Part shown: positions 39,004-46,913 of the stretch, one piece after another | How positions within the stretch are numbered: position 1 is the stretch's first letter | Layout: every line of letters starts with the position of its first letter | Source of the DNA: an uncultured virus (IMG/VR IMGVR_UViG_3300019371_000141) | Lineage: Duplodnaviria; Heunggongvirae; Uroviricota; Caudoviricetes | Virus record (IMG/VR): IMGVR_UViG_3300019371_000141 | DNA: 64,000 bases | Direction: 5' to 3' (one strand) | Position numbers and translations under genes: made by a program | The notes under the pieces: model-generated | Database searches by the model: none | What the model was told of the DNA's origin: nothing | Seen by the model: only the letters and a program-made list of their open reading frames with translations

Positions 39004-41440
39004 TATCAAGAGAGTTAATTTTGTGAACATACCGCAGGAGCTGAAGTCAAATGCATCATTCTGTCTGTGGAAATATGAGAAGAGGAGCGGCAGACCTACG
39101 AAGGTTCCGTATAATCCGAAGAACGGACAGCCTGCGAAAACCAACGATGCAACTACGTTCGCTGACTTCTCAGCTGCCATGACTGCTTATGCCATGGGCG
39201 GCTGGGACGGCATCGGCTACCGTGTTTCTGAGGGCATCGGTGCTATTGACATCGACCACTGTATAAGGGAGGACGGAAGTCTCAATGATGTGGCGGCGTC
39301 CATTCTTTCCTTCTTCCCGGATGCGTATTTTGAAAAGTCTCCCTCAGGCTCCGGTCTGCGCGGTTTCTTCAAACTGTCGCCGGATTTTGTCTATGACAAG
39401 ACAGTGTATTATATCAACAACCGTAAACATGGACTTGAAGTGTATCTCCCCGGTACAACCAACCGCTTTGTGACTGTCACGGGGGATGCGTACAGAACAG
39501 GTTCAGTATCACGCAACGACGAGGCTCTGCAGTCTGTTCTTGATACTTTTATGAAACGTAAGAGTAGAATAGAAGCCGGCGGCTGTATCGAGCCGGTATC
39601 ATACCTGACTGATGAACAGGTCATTGAACACGCATTGTCCTCCGAGTCCGGAGATAAGTTCAAAGCTCTGTATGAAGGAAGATGGGAAGAAGGATATGAG
39701 TCCCAGTCAGATGCGGATATGGCGCTTGTATCCATTTTGTCATTCTGGTGTGGTAATGTGGAGGAACAGATCGACCGTGTTTTCAGAACCTCGGGTCTGA
39801 TGAGGGATAAGTGGGACAGAATGACGGGTGATGCTACATATGGAACCATAACCATCCGTAATGCAGTATCAACTAATTCTGTTATCTATACTCCTGTGCA
39901 TGATATCCCCTCCGCTGAAGATGAGTTCGATTCGCTTGAGGAGCAGGATGACGAGCATGCTGCATTCAGCCCCGACCTCTCTCATATAACACTTACACTG
40001 GAGGAGATGCAGCCTCATACCGCCGCCCGTTACCAGAGGGAGGAGATCGGTATCGGTAATATTTTCGCAGATTATTACAAAACTATCGCGAGGTTTGATG
40101 CCGGAAGAAATATCTGGTATGTGTATGACGGATCCGTCTGGAGACCGGATGAAAACGGACTGGCGGTAGCGGAACTGGCAAAGGTACTGGCCGACAGGCT
40201 GTATCTTTTCGCCTTGCAGATCAAGGACGAAGATACCAGAAACAGATATATCAAGCGTGTGCAGAAACTGCAGCTCAGGAAGAACAGGCGCACCATGATC
40301 GAGGATGCAAAATCCGTGCATGCCGTTGCTCATTCTGTTTTTGACAGGAATATCGATCTTTTTAACTGCCAGAACGGAACGCTTGATCTGACTACAGGAG
40401 AGTTCAGACCTCATGATCCGGCGGATTTTATCACGCTTATTTCGGGCATCACCTATGACCCGGCAGCTGAGTGCCACCGCTGGGAGCAGTTCATTACTGA
40501 AGTTATGTGCGGAGACAGAGATCTTGCATCATACCTGCAGAAGGCACTTGGATATGCGTTGACCGGGGATACAAGTCTCGAATGTCTTTTTATCCTTTAC
40601 GGTGCGACAAGCAGAAACGGCAAGGGTACGACTATGGAGACCTTCCTTCGCATTATGGGAGACTACGGTAAAACGAGTAATCCTGAGATGCTTTCTACAA
40701 AATTCGGTAATGCAAACGCATCGGGGCCTTCAGAGGAAATTGCCCGTCTTGCCGGAGTGCGCTTTGTGAATATATCCGAGCCTGAGAAGAAGATAACCTT
40801 TAATGCTGCGCTGGTTAAGAGAATGACGGGTAACGATACGCTGAATGCCAGATTTCTGCATGAGAATTCTTTTGATTTCAAGCCGAATTTCAAGATCTTC
40901 ATTAACACCAACTACAAGCCTTCTGTATCTGATATGACGCTGTTTTACTCCAACCGTCTGAAACTTATTCCTTTCAAACGTCATTTCGAGGAGCATGAAC
41001 AGGATAAAGGACTCAAGACATTCTTTGCTTCTCCTGAGAACCAGTCTGCGATTTTCAACTGGTGTTATGAGGGATATAAGAGACTTAAGTCTGAGTCGCT
41101 TACCGATCCCGATGCTGTTATCTCCGCCAATAAGGGATATGAGGAGGAGTCGGATCGAATAGGCCAGTTTGTGGATGCGTGGCTGGAGGAAGGCGAGGCA
41201 TATGAAGTGCGTACTTCTGCTGCATACAGGCTCTATGGCGAGTGGTGTGATAAATATGGCTACCGGAAGGAGAACAGCACGAACTTTAATAATGCCATCC
41301 AGAGGTTCTTCCGTATTGAGAGGAAGAGACCTAAAGGTGAAACAGGGAGTCAGACCACTATGCTTATCGGCTGCAGATTCCTGGATCATGAGAACGGTGA
41401 GGCGGATGAGAATAATTCTGAATTCGGTGTTTTGAACTGA
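38996..41440 (+). CDS. Primase-polymerase / D5-P4-family helicase fusion
   Basis: IPQELK, KVPYNP, IDIDHC, EKSPSGSG (PrimPol-like); SRNGKGT Walker A, D5-type MTGNDTLNARFLH. Confidence 0.9.
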   Translation: MSDIKRVNFVNIPQELKSNASFCLWKYEKRSGRPTKVPYNPKNGQPAKTNDATTFADFSAAMTAYAMGGWDGIGYRVSEGIGAIDIDHCIREDGSLNDVAASILSFFPDAYFEKSPSGSGLRGFFKLSPDFVYDKTVYYINNRKHGLEVYLPGTTNRFVTVTGDAYRTGSVSRNDEALQSVLDTFMKRKSRIEAGGCIEPVSYLTDEQVIEHALSSESGDKFKALYEGRWEEGYESQSDADMALVSILSFWCGNVEEQIDRVFRTSGLMRDKWDRMTGDATYGTITIRNAVSTNSVIYTPVHDIPSAEDEFDSLEEQDDEHAAFSPDLSHITLTLEEMQPHTAARYQREEIGIGNIFADYYKTIARFDAGRNIWYVYDGSVWRPDENGLAVAELAKVLADRLYLFALQIKDEDTRNRYIKRVQKLQLRKNRRTMIEDAKSVHAVAHSVFDRNIDLFNCQNGTLDLTTGEFRPHDPADFITLISGITYDPAAECHRWEQFITEVMCGDRDLASYLQKALGYALTGDTSLECLFILYGATSRNGKGTTMETFLRIMGDYGKTSNPEMLSTKFGNANASGPSEEIARLAGVRFVNISEPEKKITFNAALVKRMTGNDTLNARFLHENSFDFKPNFKIFINTNYKPSVSDMTLFYSNRLKLIPFKRHFEEHEQDKGLKTFFASPENQSAIFNWCYEGYKRLKSESLTDPDAVISANKGYEEESDRIGQFVDAWLEEGEAYEVRTSAAYRLYGEWCDKYGYRKENSTNFNNAIQRFFRIERKRPKGETGSQTTMLIGCRFLDHENGEADENNSEFGVLN

Positions 41441-41569
41441 AATAATGCGCTCCCGGTTATGCCGGCAACTTGAAATCTCTTGAAGCAGACAAACTGCGCC
41501 TGTTTTCAAGGGTTTTCTCGTTGTCTGCCTTGTGACTTGTCTTGTGGCCGGCCTCGCATCGATAGATTG

Positions 41570-41661
41570 ATGTCGCAGCTTGTCGCAGGTTTTTTCGGTC
41601 ATTATTAATATTACATTTCTTTATATGTATTACCTGTTTAACCTGCGACATCTTGCGACAT
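41570..41661. other. Putative phage replication origin
   Basis: Two TGTCGCAG copies and two inverted copies flank an AT-rich 48-bp core just downstream of the primase. Confidence 0.55.
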
Positions 41662-41917
41662 TATAAAAAAATTGAGAAATATAGAGAGGGAAATAAGGAT
41701 AAAAGAAAAAACTTCTCATCCTGATGCCGGTATTTCCGGGAAGATGGAATAGTGACGATATTACGACTTTGTGGATATTCTTTTGTGGTTACCGGTCTCG
41801 TTGGAAAGTTGATGTTACTGTGTGACGAAGGCGGTACGTGCAAAAGTGCCGGATATATCGAACTTGAATATGTGCTAAATGCTGAGAAACAAAAATTTAT
41901 AAATCTTTTAGTACCGA

Positions 41918-41961
41918 TACCCCTAAAATGCCCCTTCCCGCGACAATATATGAGAGGACTT
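41918..41961 (+). promoter_or_regulatory. 44-bp repeat copy 2, putative phage-specific promoter
   Basis: Matches 30789-30832; ends 30 bp upstream of ATG 41991. Confidence 0.6.
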
Positions 41962-41990
41962 TATTTTCATAGACAGGAGATGAGAAATAT

Positions 41991-42887
41991 ATGGCAGATG
42001 AAAATAATGCAATCTGTGGAAATACAGAAAATGCGGATATAAGAGCCGGTGATATAGCGGCTTCAGTGAAAAACGACCCCGTAAATCATCCGAGCCATTA
42101 TACGAGCGGAAATATCGAGGTTATAGATTTTATCGAAGACCAGAAGCTCAATATGCACCTCGGAAATGCTGTGAAATACATCAGCCGCGCCGGAAAGAAG
42201 GATAAATCGAAAACAGTCGAGGATCTACGAAAAGCGGTCTGGTATATAGAGCGATATATCGGGGTATTGGAAAAGTCGGAAAAACAAAACTCCGGAAATA
42301 AGGCAGATATTTCGGATATCGCCCCGGTTGACGATATAGCGAATCTGCAGAATGCAGTAAATGGCCATAGCGCTGATAATAAGCATTATGGTGCTGATAA
42401 TGCCGATAATACCGCAACCTCCCTATCCGAGACCTTCATAAATACCGAGATATTCATCGATTTCAGCTCCGATCTTTTATTCGGTGAAGATGAGGCGTAT
42501 ATATGCTACCCTGTGAGGTTCGCTACAGTGCGTTTTCAGCTGATGCCCACAAAAGGGCTCATAGAGCTGATTGACAGAAGGCGGTATAAGCTCGGATATA
42601 AGCCGATGTACCCGGTTGATGGTGGTACCAATCGTGACCTCGATGATGACGGCTGGTATGATTTCTTCGTCAGCCTGAACAGCTTTAGCGACAGCCACAT
42701 AGACACCTGCATAGCGGCAGTTGTGGCGGGATCCGACAGCCCCGATAATGAGGAGATGTACACCATCGACTTAAGCGATGCTGAACAGGAACTCCTATAT
42801 GACCGCTTTGACGAGCAGTGCAGGAAGTACGTCGGCAAGAGCTGTGAGGAGCTGCTTAAGGAAGCAAAAGAACTCATGGAAGAATAA
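41991..42887 (+). CDS. DUF3310 domain protein with extra C-terminal domain
   Basis: DPVNHPSHY..GNIEVIDFI...GNAVKYISRAGKK...EDLRKAVWY. Confidence 0.8.
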   Translation: MADENNAICGNTENADIRAGDIAASVKNDPVNHPSHYTSGNIEVIDFIEDQKLNMHLGNAVKYISRAGKKDKSKTVEDLRKAVWYIERYIGVLEKSEKQNSGNKADISDIAPVDDIANLQNAVNGHSADNKHYGADNADNTATSLSETFINTEIFIDFSSDLLFGEDEAYICYPVRFATVRFQLMPTKGLIELIDRRRYKLGYKPMYPVDGGTNRDLDDDGWYDFFVSLNSFSDSHIDTCIAAVVAGSDSPDNEEMYTIDLSDAEQELLYDRFDEQCRKYVGKSCEELLKEAKELMEE

Positions 42888-42915
42888 AAGCAAAGAAAAA
42901 CACGGTGCAGTACAT

Positions 42916-42940
42916 AAGCCCCACATAACGGGGCTTTTTA
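42916..42940 (+). terminator. Intrinsic terminator
   Basis: AAGCCCC/GGGGCTT stem plus T-tract. Confidence 0.65.
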
Positions 42941-42994
42941 TATTGCGCCAAAAGCGTGGCAGCGCGGCAGTGGAACGAAAGCGAGGTGACAGCA

Positions 42995-43360
42995 GTGCCA
43001 AGAAAACCAAGGCGGGGCTGTGCATACGGCGGCTGCCCGAGGCTTGCTGTTCCCGGCAGTCAGTACTGCGAGGAGCACAAGGCACTCACCGACAGGCAGT
43101 ACAACAGATATGAACGAAGCCCGGACTTTAATAAAAGATACGGCAGGAAGTGGAAAAAGATAAGAGCAAGATATGTGGCGGCACACCCTCTATGCGAGAT
43201 GTGTCTTAAAGAAGGACGGTATGTTGCGGTGGAGGAAGTCCATCACATCAAACCGCTGTCGCAGGGCGGCACCCATGCGGAAAGCAATCTGATGTCGTTG
43301 TGCCAGAGCTGCCATATGAAGATACATATGGAGCTTGGCGACAGGCAGATCAGGAAGTGA
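42995..43360 (+). CDS. Terminase-associated HNH endonuclease
   Basis: GAGGTG RBS, GTG start; HPLCEMC...EVHHIKPLSQGGTH..SNLMSLCQSCH. Confidence 0.9.
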   Translation: MPRKPRRGCAYGGCPRLAVPGSQYCEEHKALTDRQYNRYERSPDFNKRYGRKWKKIRARYVAAHPLCEMCLKEGRYVAVEEVHHIKPLSQGGTHAESNLMSLCQSCHMKIHMELGDRQIRK

Positions 43361-43452
43361 CCCCCAGGGGGCGGTCAAATCTCTGCGGGGACTCTGATCG
43401 ACCATCGGGCTGGGGTCCCGTGTGCAAAAACGGCGAAATCAAAAGGGTAATT
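43361..43452. other. Candidate cos / packaging-initiation region
   Basis: GC-rich non-coding tract right after the HNH gene, the usual cos position in HK97-like phages; inferred from position only. Confidence 0.4.
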
Positions 43453-43496
43453 AAACCCGCCCTTAATTCCTGTTATAAAACAGTCATAAAAACAGC

Positions 43497-43522
43497 AAAG
43501 CCGCTCACAACCGGGCGGCTTT
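43497..43522. terminator. Bidirectional terminator
   Basis: AAAGCCGC/GCGGCTTT stem at the 3' end of doc. Confidence 0.65.
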
Positions 43523-43525
43523 TAA

Positions 43526-43903
43526 TCATAGCTGATGTGACAGTATCCACTTCAATAAATCATCGAAAGAGTACTCACCAGCAGCAACGCTTAGTATTGT
43601 GTCCGACAGTTCCTTCTGGGTGTATTCCAGCTCGATTTTATTGAGGGCAAGAAATACAAGCATAACATGTGTGCCGATGCGTTTGTTTCCGTCAACGAAG
43701 GCGTGGTTCTTTATCAGACCATAGCCTAGCCGGGCGGCTTTCTGAACAATTGTCGGATAGGCATCCTCGTCACCAAATGACTGGAAGGGTGCGGCAAGTG
43801 CGGATTCAAGCAGACCCTCATCACGGATGCCGTCGGAACCGCCGGTTTCTGCAATAAGCTGGGAGTGAAGCTTTATGACCTGCTCTTTTGATAGTCTTAT
43901 CAT
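43526..43903 (-). CDS. doc: Doc-family toxin
   Basis: GIRDEGLLESAL..P, Doc-type Fic motif HAFVDGNKRIG. Confidence 0.9.
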   Translation of the reverse strand: MIRLSKEQVIKLHSQLIAETGGSDGIRDEGLLESALAAPFQSFGDEDAYPTIVQKAARLGYGLIKNHAFVDGNKRIGTHVMLVFLALNKIELEYTQKELSDTILSVAAGEYSFDDLLKWILSHQL

Positions 43904-44142
43904 TTTGCAAGTACCTCATAGGCTTCACGGTTTTTAGCGATAAGGCGCTTTGAGATTTCGAGCAGATCCTCGTCATCGGCAAGCTGTTCTTTTTCAGCAG
44001 TGTCGAATTCTATAACCAGATAACGCGGAGAGTTGTTCTTGAGAATAACAACGGGACCGTGTTCATCGACCATGCGCGCAACGCGTGAGAAGTTCTGGTT
44101 GGCTTCGGTTATGGATACAAGATTGTTTGTGTTTACATTCAT
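43900..44142 (-). CDS. phd: Phd/YefM antitoxin
   Basis: VSITEANQNFSRVARMVDEHGPVVILKNN; ATGA overlap with doc. Confidence 0.88.
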   Translation of the reverse strand: MNVNTNNLVSITEANQNFSRVARMVDEHGPVVILKNNSPRYLVIEFDTAEKEQLADDEDLLEISKRLIAKNREAYEVLAK

Positions 44143-44175
44143 GGTTCAGCACTCCTTTCATATTTTCCTGATTTT

Positions 44176-44211
44176 ATTATACACGATAAATAGGATAAAT
44201 TCAACCTATTT
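44176..44211 (-). promoter_or_regulatory. phd-doc promoter with palindromic operator
   Basis: Minus strand TTGAAT-17 bp-TATAAT; inverted repeat AAATAGG/CCTATTT at 44188-44211. Confidence 0.65.
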
Positions 44212-44253
44212 TCAAAAATGTTAAATAAATATTTACAAAGCGAGGTGAAAAAC

Positions 44254-44805
44254 GTGCCGACAAAATCAAATAACACAGGCGGCAGAGGCGGGGCAAGAGC
44301 CGGCGCCGGAAGAAAAAAGACTGCCGTAAAGGAAAAATCCGAAAGCGGAAATCCGGGCGGAAGAAAACTGACCGTACTGGATATCCCGGAAGTAGAAGGT
44401 GTGGATATGCCGAAGCCCCACGAGTTCCTGTCAGCTGAACAGCGTGACGGAAGCACTCTGCAGGCGGAGGAGATATACAAAGAAACATGGGAATGGCTGC
44501 AGAAGGTAGGATGCGCCGCAAAGGTATCCCCGCAGCTTCTGGAACGCTACGCCATGTGCTCGGCAAGATGGATCCAGTGCGAGGAGATGACAAACCGCAT
44601 GGGCTTTCTGTCAAAGCATCCGACAACACAAAAACCGATACCTTCCCCGTTTATCAATATCGGTATCAACTATATGAACCAGGCAATAAGACTGTGGAAT
44701 GAAATATTCCAGATAGTCAAGGAAAACTGCAGTACTGAATACGGCAGTGAGCCTTCACCGCAGGATGATCTTATGGAAAGACTGCTGAGGGCAAGGAAAG
44801 GTTAA
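44254..44805 (+). CDS. Terminase small subunit (P27 family)
   Basis: GAGGTG RBS, GTG start; RGGARAGAGRKK, ARWIQCEE..GFLSKHPTT. Confidence 0.85.
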   Translation: MPTKSNNTGGRGGARAGAGRKKTAVKEKSESGNPGGRKLTVLDIPEVEGVDMPKPHEFLSAEQRDGSTLQAEEIYKETWEWLQKVGCAAKVSPQLLERYAMCSARWIQCEEMTNRMGFLSKHPTTQKPIPSPFINIGINYMNQAIRLWNEIFQIVKENCSTEYGSEPSPQDDLMERLLRARKG

Positions 44806-44833
44806 AAAGAAAAACTGAAAGTGAGGATAAAAA

Positions 44834-45625
44834 ATGTACGAAAAGGTAAATCCAGGTCATCCCGACAAATGCGCGGATAGAATAGCCGGCGCCATAGTCG
44901 ATGTGGCTTATGTAAAAGAAAACGATCCGAAGATAGCAGTGGAGGTTCTGCTCGGTCACGGTGAGTGCCATATCATCGCAGAGACTTCTGTATCCATTCC
45001 GCAGCATGAGGTGGAGATGATCGTAAAGCGTATCGCAGGAAATGTGATCTGCCACTACAGAGAAGTTCCCCAGGACGGCATTCTTGCCGACAACCAGTCG
45101 CAAGGTTTCCGCTGCGGTGACAACGGCATTTTTAAGGGAATGCCTGTGACCGATGAGCAGAAGAAACTCACCGAGATCGCAAACAATCTGTATAACATCT
45201 ACGGCTGTGACGGCAAGTATATCCTTGACGGCAGGCGCCTGATCATCTGCCAGAGCAATGCTGACAGTAAGCACATAAGGGAAGTGTATCCGAAAGCCGA
45301 GGTCAATCCTCTGGGCGACTGGACAGGCGGCAGTGATGTTGATACCGGCGCTGTAAACAGGAAGCTCGGATCCGATATGGGAGATTCCGTTACGGGTGGA
45401 GGACTTCACGGCAAGGACTTATCCAAGGCAGATGTAAGTGTAAATATCTATGCTTTCCTTAAGGCACAGGAGACAGGCAGGCCTGTGGAAATATCCTGCG
45501 CAATCGGGGATGACAAGGTGGACGGCAAGGATTACTCAGAGATCGTTCAGACAGCAAGGGAGTATATCAATTCCCTCGGCGGCTTTGAACGGTTCGCGGA
45601 ATGGGGGCTGATCAGAAATGAGTGA
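44834..45625 (+). CDS. metK: Compact phage S-adenosylmethionine synthetase
   Basis: EKVNPGHPDK, GDNG, DTGAVNRKL, GGGLHGKDLSKAD. Confidence 0.85.
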   Translation: MYEKVNPGHPDKCADRIAGAIVDVAYVKENDPKIAVEVLLGHGECHIIAETSVSIPQHEVEMIVKRIAGNVICHYREVPQDGILADNQSQGFRCGDNGIFKGMPVTDEQKKLTEIANNLYNIYGCDGKYILDGRRLIICQSNADSKHIREVYPKAEVNPLGDWTGGSDVDTGAVNRKLGSDMGDSVTGGGLHGKDLSKADVSVNIYAFLKAQETGRPVEISCAIGDDKVDGKDYSEIVQTAREYINSLGGFERFAEWGLIRNE

Positions 45626-46913
45626 TAAGAAAACAATAACAGAGTTTCAGCTCGTTGATGTCAGTAAGCTCGTTCCGTATATCAATAACGCAAGAACACA
45701 CAGTCCCGAGCAGATAAATAAACTGAGGGCTTCGCTCCGGGAGTTCGGTTTTGTAAATCCCGTTATCATTGATAAGCAGTTCAATGTTATCGCAGGCCAC
45801 GGAAGGCTTGCAGCAGCCAAGGCTGAAGGCTATGTGGAAGTGCCGTGTGTGTTTGTGGACGAGATGACAGAGGCTCAGAAGAAAGCATATATCCTCGCCG
45901 ATAACAGAATGGCGCTCGATGCCGGATGGGATGAAGAACTCTTAAAGGTCGAACTGGAAGCCCTGCAGGGTATGGATTTTGATATCGGGCTGACAGGCTT
46001 TGACGAGGACGAGCTCGCCGATCTTTTCGGTAATGATGCAGAAGGCAAGGAAGATGACTTCAATGTGGAAGAAGAGCTGGAAAAACCGTGCTTTTCTAAG
46101 GCAGGCGATATCTGGCATCTCGGCAGGCATACAGTTATCTGCGGAGACAGCACAAAAGAGGAAACTTTCAAGGCTCTCCTTGGAGATACCAAGGTCAATC
46201 TGGTATGTACAGATGCACCGTACTTTGTAAACCTCGACAGTGCCAGTGGAAAGATAAAAAACGATGACCTGAACGATAAAGAGGGCTATGAGTTTTTAAT
46301 GAAAGCCTTCACGAACTTTAAAAACGCTATGGCGACAGATGCATCGTTTTATGAGTTCTATGCTACATCCAAGAGCCGTATTTTTTACGATGCTTTCGAG
46401 GATGCAGGCTTCAAGGTAGGCGCAGGTCTTATCTGGAGAAAACCCAGAGCGCCGCTTTCAAGAACGGACTGGAAATTCAATATGGAACCCATCATCTTCG
46501 GATGGAGAAAAGACGGCAAGCATAAATGGTACGGCGATCAGAAACAGACCGCCGTTTTTGATTTCGATGGAATCAAGAACAGCCGAGAGGACGGCTGCGG
46601 TCATCCAAGCTCAAAGCCTGTGCCTTTAATTGCCTATCTTATAAAGCAGAGCACACAGACAAACGGCATCGTGCTTGACGGTTTCCTCGGATCCGCCTCG
46701 ACCCTTATCGCCTGTGAGCAGATAGACAGAACCTGCTACGGCGTGGAGTTCGAGCCGAAGTTCGTGGATGTTGCCGTGGAGAGATACAGAAAATATCTCG
46801 CAGATAATAACAGTAGCGCTGATGTATATGTAATCAGGGACGGACAGCGTATTGAATATAACGATGTGCCGAAACCGGAGGAGGGAGAGCAGAATGGAGA
46901 AAACACAGAATAA
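45618..46913 (+). CDS. ParB-like domain + N4/N6 DNA methyltransferase
   Basis: PYINNARTH...IAGHGRL (ParB-like); TDAPY, HPSSKP, DGFLGSASTL. Confidence 0.88.
   Translation: MSDKKTITEFQLVDVSKLVPYINNARTHSPEQINKLRASLREFGFVNPVIIDKQFNVIAGHGRLAAAKAEGYVEVPCVFVDEMTEAQKKAYILADNRMALDAGWDEELLKVELEALQGMDFDIGLTGFDEDELADLFGNDAEGKEDDFNVEEELEKPCFSKAGDIWHLGRHTVICGDSTKEETFKALLGDTKVNLVCTDAPYFVNLDSASGKIKNDDLNDKEGYEFLMKAFTNFKNAMATDASFYEFYATSKSRIFYDAFEDAGFKVGAGLIWRKPRAPLSRTDWKFNMEPIIFGWRKDGKHKWYGDQKQTAVFDFDGIKNSREDGCGHPSSKPVPLIAYLIKQSTQTNGIVLDGFLGSASTLIACEQIDRTCYGVEFEPKFVDVAVERYRKYLADNNSSADVYVIRDGQRIEYNDVPKPEEGEQNGENTE

Noticed and set aside
40730..41602. 290-aa minus-strand ORF and similar long antisense ORFs (e.g. 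56776-58086, 30831-31565)
   Set aside because: They lie opposite well-supported genes and have no recognisable motifs or RBS.
41752..42042. 96-aa ORF before DUF3310
   Set aside because: No RBS or motif, and it crosses the 44-bp promoter-like repeat.
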